Below, piece after piece: positions 28,010-36,299 of a stretch of DNA of 64,000 bases. Position 1 is the first letter of the stretch. The number at the start of each line of letters is the position of its first letter. Position numbers and translations under genes: made by a program. The stretch is from Candidatus Gastranaerophilales bacterium (lineage in GTDB: Bacteria; Cyanobacteriota; Vampirovibrionia; Gastranaerophilales; Gastranaerophilaceae), in the NCBI GenBank assembly GCA_044432945.1, contig JAWXUD010000003.1, forward strand, positions 9,883-73,882, given 5' to 3'. The notes under the pieces are model-generated. The model was not told the origin of the DNA and did no database searches. It saw only the letters and a list, made by a program, of their open reading frames with translations.

Positions 28010-30484
28010 TTATTTAACTACGATATTAACCAATTTTTTCGGTACAACGATTGTTTTTACGATTGTTTTGCCCGCTAATTGTTCTTTAATTTTCTCGCTG
28101 TTTAGTGCTAAATCTTTCAAGTCATCTTGAGAAAGAGCTTCGTCAGCTTCGATTTTATCCTTCACTTTGCCATTGATTTGAACAACTAAAGTTATAGAGC
28201 TAGATTTAGCCAAATTCTCATCAAATTCACACCATTTTTGTGCGTGAATAGAGCCTTCTCCACCTAGTTCAGACCAAACTTCTTCGCATAAATGCACAGC
28301 AACAGGCGACATCAATTTGATAAGTGTTACAATTGCAAAACTCAATACATTTTTGTCCTCATTGTTGAAGTCTGGTTTTTTGCCAACATATTCATAAATC
28401 GCATTAACTAATTCACGATATTTTGAGATTACCGTGTTGAATTGAAAATCGTTTTCGATGTCGTTAGAGATGCCTTTAATTGCGATGTGTACATTACGCA
28501 CCAAATCATCGTTCATTTTAGTTAGCGGGAACTCTAATTTATAATCAAGAGAGATTTTGTCAGCGTTTGAAGATATTAATCTCCAAACACGGTTTAAAAA
28601 TTTGTAACAACCTTCAACACCAGCATCAGACCAGTCGAAATCACGAGCTGGAGGGGAGTCTGAAAGTATAAACAATCTTGCAGTATCAGCACCATAGTTT
28701 TCAAAAATCTCATCAGGGTCTACAGTATTTCCTTTTGATTTAGACATTTTAGAGCCATCTTTTAAGACCATACCTTGAGTTAGAAGGTTTTTGAACGGTT
28801 CATCAAAATCTAGCAAGCCCAAATCTCTTAACGCTTTTGTGAAAAATCTTGAGTATAGCAAGTGTAAAATTGCGTGTTCAATACCGCCAACATATTGATC
28901 AACTGGCAGCCATTTGTTAGCTAAATCTTTGCTGAAGGCTTCATTTGCATTGTTTGCATCAGCAAATCTCAAATAGTACCAGCTAGAACACATAAACGTG
29001 TCCATAGTGTCAGTTTCACGAGTAGCCTTGCCACCACAGCAAGGACAAGTTGTATCCAAAAATGTTGGTGAAGTCAAAATAGGTGATTTGCCAGTTACGC
29101 TAAAATCAACATCTTTTGGTAACATTACTGGTAATTGCTCTTCTGGAACTGTTTGAATTCCGCATTTTTCGCAATAAACGATAGGAATTGGAGCGCCCCA
29201 ATATCTTTGACGTGAAACTAACCAATCACGCAATCTGTATTGAGTTTTAAACTCGCCAAATCCACCATCAACAGCTTTTTGTGTGATAGCTTTTTTAGCT
29301 TGTGTGTTTTTCATTCCGTCAAATTCGTTTGAATTTATTAAAACTCCTTCGCCAACAAATGCTTCGTTTTCGCAATTTGAAGGGTTTTCAGGGTCTTGAA
29401 TAACAACTTTTATATCAAGATTATAAACTTTAGCGAACTCAAAATCTCTTTCATCGTGAGCAGGAACTGCCATTACAGCACCTGTCCCGTATTCAACTAA
29501 AGCATAATCAGCGGTCCATAGCGGGAATTTTTCACCAGTAAGAGGGTTGATAGCGTTCGTGCCTAATGGAACACCAGTTTTTTTACGTTCAGTAGAAAGC
29601 CTTTCAATTTCTGTCATCTTGCGAGCATTAGCACGATATTCGCTTACAGCTTTTTGGTTTTCAGGAGTTGTAAGAGCTTCGATATCACGATATTCAGGAG
29701 CTACAACCAAATAAGTAATCCCGTGAGCAGTGTCTGGACGTGTTGTGTAAACAGGTATTTCCATATCCTTTTCAACAACTTTAAATTTTAAAATAGCACC
29801 AGTAGATTTGCCAATCCAATTTGATTGCATAGTTTTCACGTTGTCGCCCCAGCCAGTTAATTTGTCTAAATCTTGCAACAAGACTTCTGCATAATCTGTA
29901 ATTTTCAAGAACCATTGCGATAAATATTTTTTTTCAACAATGCTGTCGCATCTCCAGCATTTGCCATCAATAACTTGTTCGTTAGCTAGAACTGTTGCAC
30001 AAGTGTCGCACCAATTTACGGCAGCTTCTTTTTTGTAAGCCAACCCTTTTTTGTATAGTTGCAAGAACAGCCATTGAGTCCATTTGTAATAATCAGGTTT
30101 GCAGGTTGCTACTTCTCTATCCCAATCATATGAAAGTCCAAGCATTTTTAATTGAGTTGTCATATAGTCGATGTTTTCCAAAGTCCATTTTTCAGGGTCA
30201 GCACCGTTTTTCATCGCAGCGTTTTCAGCAGGTAGCCCGAAACTGTCCCAACCCATAGGGTGAAGCACATTGTAGCCGTTCATTTTTTTGTGTCTAGCTA
30301 TAACGTCCGTAATTGTATAATTTCTAACGTGTCCCATATGTAATCTGCCTGATGGGTATGGAAACATCGATAGTGCGTAATATTTTGGTTTGTCGCTATT
30401 GTCTTCAGTTCTAAACGATTTGCTATCGTCCCAAACTTTTTGCCATTTTTTTTCTATTTCTTGTGGAAAATATGCTTCTTTCAT
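28010..30484 (-). CDS. leuS: Leucine--tRNA ligase
   Basis: HMGHVRNY (HIGH), KMSKSKGN (KMSKS), CP1 editing domain. Start taken at MKEAYFPQEIEKKWQ (SD gggagag); the ORF track extends to 30532. Confidence 0.95.
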   Translation of the reverse strand: MKEAYFPQEIEKKWQKVWDDSKSFRTEDNSDKPKYYALSMFPYPSGRLHMGHVRNYTITDVIARHKKMNGYNVLHPMGWDSFGLPAENAAMKNGADPEKWTLENIDYMTTQLKMLGLSYDWDREVATCKPDYYKWTQWLFLQLYKKGLAYKKEAAVNWCDTCATVLANEQVIDGKCWRCDSIVEKKYLSQWFLKITDYAEVLLQDLDKLTGWGDNVKTMQSNWIGKSTGAILKFKVVEKDMEIPVYTTRPDTAHGITYLVVAPEYRDIEALTTPENQKAVSEYRANARKMTEIERLSTERKKTGVPLGTNAINPLTGEKFPLWTADYALVEYGTGAVMAVPAHDERDFEFAKVYNLDIKVVIQDPENPSNCENEAFVGEGVLINSNEFDGMKNTQAKKAITQKAVDGGFGEFKTQYRLRDWLVSRQRYWGAPIPIVYCEKCGIQTVPEEQLPVMLPKDVDFSVTGKSPILTSPTFLDTTCPCCGGKATRETDTMDTFMCSSWYYLRFADANNANEAFSKDLANKWLPVDQYVGGIEHAILHLLYSRFFTKALRDLGLLDFDEPFKNLLTQGMVLKDGSKMSKSKGNTVDPDEIFENYGADTARLFILSDSPPARDFDWSDAGVEGCYKFLNRVWRLISSNADKISLDYKLEFPLTKMNDDLVRNVHIAIKGISNDIENDFQFNTVISKYRELVNAIYEYVGKKPDFNNEDKNVLSFAIVTLIKLMSPVAVHLCEEVWSELGGEGSIHAQKWCEFDENLAKSSSITLVVQINGKVKDKIEADEALSQDDLKDLALNSEKIKEQLAGKTIVKTIVVPKKLVNIVVK

Positions 30485-30538
30485 TATTTTTTCTCTCCCT
30501 ATTTTCTTTATTTTATAAAAGAATTTTAGCACAAAAAA

Positions 30539-30757
30539 TTAAATCTTTAAATATTCAGTTATTTTTTCAATTTTAGTGACAAGTGAGGTGGTTTTTTTAT
30601 TCATAATTATAGTCAGTGCGTGTAAATCTTCACGATTCTGCCCGATAGAATACTCAGATGACAGCCCGTGAGCAATTCGTGATAGGCTATCAAGAATATA
30701 TATATCTTCTTTTATAACGTTCAGTTCGTCAAAATCCTCTTCGCATATTAGTTTCAT
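30539..30757 (-). CDS. Hypothetical 72-aa protein
   Basis: ORF only. Divergent from the tandem HTH-like pair. Confidence 0.3.
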   Translation of the reverse strand: MKLICEEDFDELNVIKEDIYILDSLSRIAHGLSSEYSIGQNREDLHALTIIMNKKTTSLVTKIEKITEYLKI

Positions 30758-30850
30758 TCTATACTCCTTAATAAAACTTAATGGTGATATATCATAAATA
30801 GTTGCTTGGAATTATACATGATATATAGATGATAGTGCGAAATATGAAAT

Positions 30851-30880
30851 TTGTCAACAGGTTAATACATGTAATATAAT
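30851..30880 (+). promoter_or_regulatory. Candidate promoter TTGTCA-N18-TATAAT placing the transcription start on the ATG at 30887
   Basis: ttgtca at 30851-30856, tataat at 30875-30880, 6 nt to the ATG. No SD upstream of the ATG. Confidence 0.45.
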
Positions 30881-30886
30881 TATTTT

Positions 30887-31099
30887 ATGAAATTCACATC
30901 AAAACATATAATAAAAGCCATGTTGAGCGATAAAAAAATACGTTTCGAGGATATTGCAACACAACTTCAAGCAAAAAATGGTCGCAAATATAACAAAACA
31001 ACATTCGGTCAACGCTTAAACCGAGAAACACTCACATACAACGAAGTCGCAGACATTTGTGAAATTTTAGGTTACAAAATAAAAATAGAAGAGATTTAA
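30887..31099 (+). CDS. Small HTH-like protein (resembles the DUF6471 family), paralog 1
   Basis: 70 aa. IIKAMLSDKKIRFEDIATQL...FGQRLNRETLTYNEVADICEILG resembles my recollection of the DUF6471 pattern (address helix, then -KIsRGtF- and -L-aiG). Confidence 0.55.
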   Translation: MKFTSKHIIKAMLSDKKIRFEDIATQLQAKNGRKYNKTTFGQRLNRETLTYNEVADICEILGYKIKIEEI

Positions 31100-31105
31100 T
31101 CAATA

Positions 31106-31321
31106 ATGAAATTCACATCAAAACATATAATAAAAGCGATATTAAGTGATGAAAAAGTTCGTTATGAAGATATTGCATATAAGTTGCAAGAAAAAACAGG
31201 GCGTCAGTATAATAAATATTCATTTTGTCAAAGATTAAATCGAGGTACATTTATGTATGATGAGGTTGCAGATATTTGTGAAATATTGGGTTATGATGTC
31301 AAAATTGAAAAGAAAAAATAA
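31106..31321 (+). CDS. Small HTH-like protein, paralog 2 (tandem duplicate)
   Basis: 71 aa. Colinear with paralog 1 (MKFTSKHIIKA-LSD-K-R-EDIA--LQ-K-GR-YNK--F-QRLNR-T--Y-EVADICEILGY). Confidence 0.55.
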   Translation: MKFTSKHIIKAILSDEKVRYEDIAYKLQEKTGRQYNKYSFCQRLNRGTFMYDEVADICEILGYDVKIEKKK

Positions 31322-31341
31322 TCTGAAATTTTTATATAAAG

Positions 31342-31363
31342 ATTCCGTGTCGTAGCACGGAAT
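31342..31363 (+). terminator. Hairpin after the HTH-like pair (no U-tract)
   Basis: attccgtg-tcgtag-cacggaat, an 8-bp stem. Confidence 0.25.
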
Positions 31364-31520
31364 GACAATAGAGCGTGGTATAGAATGAGGGCAGAACGTG
31401 ACATTAAATGTGATGCTCGAGCGTTGTCAAGAGCTTCTTTTGTTTCGTTTTCTTGGTCGGTACAAGAAAATGAAAATAGTATTGTATATTTTCTCATAAA
31501 ATATGTTAAATAAAATCAAA

Positions 31521-31567
31521 TTGTAACCACCCCGCCTTACAGGCACCCCTCCACTGGAGGGGAATTT
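31521..31567 (+). repeat. Short form of the GC-rich element (both termini kept, interior replaced)
   Basis: ttgtaaccaccccgcctt + acaggcacccctccactggaggggaattt. Contains the perfect hairpin cccctcc-act-ggagggg. Confidence 0.6.
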
Positions 31568-31601
31568 GGATTATGGTGTTTAGGGTAAATATTTTGGTGC
31601 G

Positions 31602-31701
31602 TTGTAACCACCCCGCCTCGCTTCACTCGCATTAAACGGCAGTGCGAAAAGCGTGGTTAGCTTTCAGCTTCTGCTCGCTTGCGTTTCAGTGGAGGGGGAT
31701 T
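31602..31701 (+). repeat. GC-rich ~100-nt element, full copy 1
   Basis: ttgtaaccaccccgcctcgcttcactcgcattaaacggcagtgcgaaaagcgtggttagctttcagcttctgctcgcttgcgtttcagtggagggggatt. Confidence 0.85.
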
Positions 31702-32030
31702 TTGACCTAAATATGGAATAACACCTAAGTATAGATGAAATAAAATTGCCATATTGGATTTGGTATTTACAGTTTGACTTTAGCGAAGTGAGATTAAAAA
31801 ATGTTTACGAAACGACTTCAATGCGGAATTTGTTTGAGTGGTATTTAGAAAATCACCCCTAGCCATTTTTGCGGAAGTAATAGCGAGTTATTCCGCTTTT
31901 ATGTTGAGTAATTACATTTATTTTCTCACGAGCGTTGTCAAGAGCTTCTTTTGTTTCGTTTTCTTGTCGGCACAAGAAAATGAAAATAGTATTGTATATT
32001 TTCTCATAAAATATGTTAAATAAAATCAAA

Positions 32031-32130
32031 TTGTAACCACCCCGCCTTGCTTCACTCGCATTAAACGGCAGTGCGAAAAGCGTGGTTAGCTTTCAGCCTC
32101 TGCTCGCTTGCGTTTCAGTGGAGGGGGATT
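32031..32130 (+). repeat. GC-rich ~100-nt element, full copy 2
   Basis: Differs from copy 1 at two positions by eye (c/t at the 18th base, t/c in cagcYtctg). Confidence 0.85.
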
Positions 32131-32243
32131 AATGCTTTAATATCATTAATAGGATTTTATTATATAGTGTTTTTGTAAATTATCTTTTTTGTGTTAAAGT
32201 ATTTATTGTAAAAAGTACTATTTATAATAAAAGGAAGAGAAAA

Positions 32244-33926
32244 ATGAAAAAACTTTCACCATTACAAATCGAAAGATTGAAGTACCAACCAAAACTTCCA
32301 AAAAGCCTTATGCAAGGCATCAACTCTTTGGAATTAATCGAAGGTAACGCTACTGAATCAATTCGTGATCAAGCTCAGATTAAAGAATTATTTGCGAACA
32401 CTTATGGCACGCCAGTAGTTAGCTTTGAAAACTGTTCAACATCAAAAACATCAGCTGTGAAAAATGTTGGCGTAATCCTTTCTGGTGGACAAGCTCCAGG
32501 CGGACATAACGTTATTGCTGGCTTGTATGATGCTTTAAAACAAGCTAATAGCCAAAATAAATTATATGGTTTCTTGGGTGGTCCTTCAGGAATTATGGAC
32601 GGTAAATATTTAGAATTTACTAATGAATTCATGGACGCATATAGAAATACAGGTGGTTTTGACATCATTGGTTCTGGTAGAACAAAATTAGAAACAGAAG
32701 AACAGTTTAAAAAATCTTTAGAAGTTTGTAAAAAATTGAATATCTCAGCTGTTGTTATAATCGGTGGAGATGATTCTAATACAAATGCAGCGTTATTGGC
32801 TGAATGGTTTGTTAAAAATGAAACTGGTATTCAAGTTATTGGTTGTCCAAAAACTATAGATGGCGATTTGAAAAATGAACAAATCGAAATTTCTTTCGGT
32901 TTTGATACTGCAACAAAAACTTACGCTGAATTAATCGGTAATATTCAACGTGACGCTAATTCTGCTAAAAAATATTGGCATTTTATTAAAATTATGGGAA
33001 GAAGTGCGTCACACGTTGCACTAGAAGCAGCTTTGCAAACTCAACCAAATATCACTATGATTTCTGAGGAAGTTGAAGCTAAATCAATGTCTTTAGAACA
33101 AGTTGTAAATTATATGTCTGACATTGTTGCTCGCCGTGCTAATAGTGGTAAAAACTTTGGTATCGCAGTAATTCCAGAAGGATTAATTGAGTTTATTCCT
33201 GAAATGAAATCAATGATTTCTAATTTGAATGATATTATGCATGTTCTTGAAAATGATGCAACTTTCATTAACGCAACTTCTGTTCAAGAAAGATTTGAAA
33301 TAGTTGAGAATCGTTTAACTGCTGAAAACTCAAAAGTTTACAGCTCATTGCCAGCACTAATTAAAACTCAATTGTTAGCTGATCGTGATCCACATGGTAA
33401 CGTTCAAGTTTCTAAAATTGAAACAGAAAAATTGTTGATGGAAATGATTGATACTAAATTAAATGAAATGGCATCTCAAGGTGAATTCATCGGTACATTT
33501 AACGCACAATCGCACTTCTTTGGATATGAAGGTAGATGTGCATTCCCATCAAACTTTGATGCTGATTACTGCTATTCACTAGGCTTTAACGCTTTTGCAC
33601 TAATTAATTTCGGTTTGACTGGTTATTTATCATCAATCAGAAACTTGACAAAATCAGCTAGTGAATGGGTTGCAGGTGGTGTTCCATTAACAATGATGAT
33701 GAATATGGAAAAACGTCATGGCGAATTTAAACCAGTTATTCAAAAAGCATTGGTTGAATTAGATGGACCAGTATTTAAAGTGTTAGAAGAATGCAGAGAG
33801 AATTGGGCGATGAACGATTGCTATATTTTCCCTGGTGCTGTTCAATACTTTGGACCAAGTGCAGTTTGTGATGTAACAACTTGTACATTGCAACTAGAAA
33901 GAGAAAAAGTTTTAGTTAACGCTTAG
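32244..33926 (+). CDS. pfp: Pyrophosphate-dependent phosphofructokinase (long form)
   Basis: 560 aa. GGDDSNTNA and PKTIDGDL (Asp/Lys variants associated with PPi use), MGRSASHV. Confidence 0.85.
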   Translation: MKKLSPLQIERLKYQPKLPKSLMQGINSLELIEGNATESIRDQAQIKELFANTYGTPVVSFENCSTSKTSAVKNVGVILSGGQAPGGHNVIAGLYDALKQANSQNKLYGFLGGPSGIMDGKYLEFTNEFMDAYRNTGGFDIIGSGRTKLETEEQFKKSLEVCKKLNISAVVIIGGDDSNTNAALLAEWFVKNETGIQVIGCPKTIDGDLKNEQIEISFGFDTATKTYAELIGNIQRDANSAKKYWHFIKIMGRSASHVALEAALQTQPNITMISEEVEAKSMSLEQVVNYMSDIVARRANSGKNFGIAVIPEGLIEFIPEMKSMISNLNDIMHVLENDATFINATSVQERFEIVENRLTAENSKVYSSLPALIKTQLLADRDPHGNVQVSKIETEKLLMEMIDTKLNEMASQGEFIGTFNAQSHFFGYEGRCAFPSNFDADYCYSLGFNAFALINFGLTGYLSSIRNLTKSASEWVAGGVPLTMMMNMEKRHGEFKPVIQKALVELDGPVFKVLEECRENWAMNDCYIFPGAVQYFGPSAVCDVTTCTLQLEREKVLVNA

Positions 33927-33950
33927 GCTTAAAATCTTTATAGAATACTA

Positions 33951-33991
33951 ATCGAGGCGAGGATTTTTTTAAAATCCTCGCCTCGATTTTA
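33951..33991 (+). terminator. Rho-independent terminator of pfp
   Basis: atcgaggcgaggatttt / aaaatcctcgcctcgat, a 17-bp stem, followed by TTTT. Confidence 0.85.
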
Positions 33992-34077
33992 TAACAACTG
34001 AACATGGACTTATCATCATAACGGGTTTATTTGCTCCGCCGATTTTGCATAACAATTTTTACGCAAATTTAAAATTG

Positions 34078-34386
34078 TTACGCAATCCTAATTGAATAGC
34101 CAAGTTCTTTGAGGATTTTAGCAACTGTCGAAATTTGAGGTTCTTGTTCGCCTTTAAAAATAGAATATAAACTGCTTCGTGCGATTTTTGTTTTTCTTGC
34201 CATATTCGAAATACTATCTTTTGTTTTAACGGCATATTCAAGCACCTTGACGAATGCGTTTAAGTCACTGTTTTGTAAAAACTCTTCAAAGCCAACAGTC
34301 AACCATTCTTTTATGTCATCGTCAGTTTTAAGTGTTTTAAAAATTAATTCATCAAGTGAGCCTGTATTTTTAAATTTATTTTGCAT
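34078..34386 (-). CDS. HigA-like HTH antitoxin (addiction module antidote family)
   Basis: FVKVLEYAVKTKDSISNMARKTKIARSSLYSIFKGEQEPQISTVAKILKELGYSIRIA. Start chosen at the ATG with a GGAG SD; the ORF track extends to 34407. Overlaps the toxin gene end. Confidence 0.8.
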   Translation of the reverse strand: MQNKFKNTGSLDELIFKTLKTDDDIKEWLTVGFEEFLQNSDLNAFVKVLEYAVKTKDSISNMARKTKIARSSLYSIFKGEQEPQISTVAKILKELGYSIRIA

Positions 34387-34705
34387 TTGTCGTTCTCCAT
34401 TCGTCAAGTAATTTTTGAGCTTTTATGATATCTTTTGATTGCGTTGATTTATCGCCACCGTTAATCAATAAAACAATTGTATTTTTGTATTGATGATAAT
34501 AAATTCGATATCCGCTACCAAACGAAAACCTAAGTTCTGAAATATCAGCTGATATTTTTTTACAATCACCAAAAATACCTTCCTCAAGTCGCAATATTCG
34601 ATTAAGAATACGGATTTTTGCTGAATTATCAAGGGTTTCAAGCCAATCATAAATCGGCTCTTTGTCATTCGCTTGTTTTAAATATATTACCGAATAATTA
34701 TTCAT
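34376..34705 (-). CDS. RelE/HigB-superfamily toxin (addiction module killer protein family)
   Basis: YDWLETLDNSAKIRILNRILRLEEGIFGDCKKISADISELRFSFGSGYRIYYHQ...VLLINGGDKSTQSKDIIKAQKL matches the killer-protein pattern. Start taken at the ATG at 34705; a TTG lies at 34732. Confidence 0.85.
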   Translation of the reverse strand: MNNYSVIYLKQANDKEPIYDWLETLDNSAKIRILNRILRLEEGIFGDCKKISADISELRFSFGSGYRIYYHQYKNTIVLLINGGDKSTQSKDIIKAQKLLDEWRTTNAK

Positions 34706-34749
34706 GACAGCATTGTAGTGTGTGCAGGACAATATGTCAATATGTAACT

Positions 34750-35070
34750 TTACGCAATCCTAATTGAATAGCCAAGTTCTTTGAGGATTCTTCCGATTGT
34801 ATCAAGACGTGGTACTTTTTTACCTCTAAACATTGAATACAAATTAGAGCGATCTATGTTTACTTTTTTTGCGAATGACGAGATGCTTTCACGTGCTTTT
34901 ATAACCTGTTCTAAGCATCTATAAAATTCATTGTAATCGCCGTCCTCAATAAATTCTTCAATCGCTACGTTTAAATATTCTTGCTGTGCTTCAGGGTCCA
35001 TAAGTATTTTCTTGACAATTTCATCGTGTGGAATTGTGCATTGTTTTAATTTTTCTATATCGAAATTCAT
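34750..35070 (-). CDS. Second HigA-like HTH antitoxin paralog, upstream of the toxin
   Basis: YLNVAIEEFIEDGDYNEFYRCLEQVIKARESISSFAKKVNIDRSNLYSMFRGKKVPRLDTIGRILKELGYSIRIA. Start at the ATG preceded by aaaggaa; the ORF track extends to 35088. Confidence 0.75.
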   Translation of the reverse strand: MNFDIEKLKQCTIPHDEIVKKILMDPEAQQEYLNVAIEEFIEDGDYNEFYRCLEQVIKARESISSFAKKVNIDRSNLYSMFRGKKVPRLDTIGRILKELGYSIRIA

Positions 35071-35192
35071 TTTATAATTTCCTTTCATTTAATTCTTTTA
35101 AATGTGGAAATTGTAGTCTAAAGACCGCAAAAAGTCAACCCACTAGATTTGTTTAGGCTTGGTTTTTAAATGTAAATAATTGTAACAATCTG

Positions 35193-35219
35193 TTGTAATA
35201 TATGGCAATTATATTACAA
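35193..35219. promoter_or_regulatory. 9-bp inverted repeat TTGTAATAT-N9-ATATTACAA in the divergent region between the TA operon and the calpain-like gene
   Basis: ttgtaatat at 35193-35201 and atattacaa at 35211-35219. Further TGTAA(A/C) half-sites at 35171 and 35180. Confidence 0.35.
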
Positions 35220-35266
35220 AGATATACTTTATATGAATAAGGGAATATTTAGGAGATGATATAATT

Positions 35267-36295
35267 ATGGCGGGTATTGATTTTAGTACCGATAAATCGA
35301 TTTATGATAATAGACAAACACAAAGAGTTGTTCCAGTGGTAAAAGCTACTGAAGAAATAAATTCAGCTTTTACTGTTGAGCAAGAAGGACCTAGATATCT
35401 TGTACAAGGTAGAGCTTTTGACAAAGATCCTTATGATGAAATTAATGGTGAAATTGAGGATTTTAAACAGGGTCAAATTGGTGATTGTTATCTTTTAAGT
35501 TCATTGTACTCATTATCAAGAACTACTGAAGGTGCTGTGCAATTGAAGAATAATATAAAGAAAAATGAGAATAGTTATACTGTAACATTGCCAGGAGCTT
35601 TGGCTGTGGCAGATGATTTTAAAAGTGATAAATTAATTTCTTCTATCCGAGGACATTATGTCATAACTCGAGCAGAGTTCGATGAGGCTGTCAGAAGCGG
35701 AGAATATGTTAAAAATGATCCAGATGTAATCTTGTACGAGCTAGCTTTTGAAAAATATAGAGAAGATGTTTTAGCTACAAATGAGGCTAATGGGCATGTT
35801 GATGATCAATATGTTGGTAGCGGTACGATTGCTGATCCATTAGAAGGTGGTTGGACGTCTGATTCTAATTTTATTTTAACAGGTGAAAAGTCTATGCAAT
35901 ATAATGGTAATTATGAGAAATCTCTAGAAGTTCCAACATACCAAATTCAAAGTGTTGATCCTACTACGTACGATTATGTCAATTCTGAAAGACTTAGCTC
36001 TTTATTGGATAAAAAGATGAATGATGAAGACAGATATTCAATGACAATAAGTTTTAAGTTAGGATTGGGTGCTGGTAAGCATGGAAACCATGCATTATCA
36101 ATTAAAAGAGTTGATGAAGAAAATATATATATTGTTAATCCTTGGGACACTTCAAAAGAACATGCTATGTCAAGAAAAACTTTTTTAAATTCAGCATACC
36201 GTGTTAGTATTCAAGATACTGAATCAAATATGTTTTCAAAATGCATGGACATGTTTGAAGATACAAAATATATTATAAAAGAGTATTTTCAATAA
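35267..36295 (+). CDS. Calpain-like (peptidase C2-like) cysteine protease
   Basis: Catalytic Cys context FKQGQIGDCYLLSSLYSL (calpain QGxLGDCWLLAA). His GNHALSI. Asn IYIVNPWD (calpain RNPWG). SD aggag. No signal peptide. Confidence 0.7.
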   Translation: MAGIDFSTDKSIYDNRQTQRVVPVVKATEEINSAFTVEQEGPRYLVQGRAFDKDPYDEINGEIEDFKQGQIGDCYLLSSLYSLSRTTEGAVQLKNNIKKNENSYTVTLPGALAVADDFKSDKLISSIRGHYVITRAEFDEAVRSGEYVKNDPDVILYELAFEKYREDVLATNEANGHVDDQYVGSGTIADPLEGGWTSDSNFILTGEKSMQYNGNYEKSLEVPTYQIQSVDPTTYDYVNSERLSSLLDKKMNDEDRYSMTISFKLGLGAGKHGNHALSIKRVDEENIYIVNPWDTSKEHAMSRKTFLNSAYRVSIQDTESNMFSKCMDMFEDTKYIIKEYFQ

Positions 36296-36299
36296 ATAA

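Larger units (their letters stand above)
31418..32130 (+). repeat. Two tandem units with a period of about 511 bp (AT-rich arm plus GC-rich element)
   Basis: 31418-31537 matches 31929-32047 with one indel and one substitution by eye. Each arm contains the hairpins ttttcttg/caagaaaa and gaaaata/tattttc. Confidence 0.85.

Noticed and set aside
31291-32023. ORFs 31291..31497 (-) and 31838..32023 (+) in the repeat region.
   Set aside because: Both run through the duplicated arm and hairpins. They lack an SD, and one overlaps the end of the HTH-like gene. They are best explained as repeat read-through, not genes.
31418-32130. Possible CRISPR array or retron-like ncRNA because of repeated structured sequence.
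   Set aside because: There are only two large (~511 bp) units rather than short regularly spaced repeats. No cas genes and no reverse transcriptase occur anywhere in the window.
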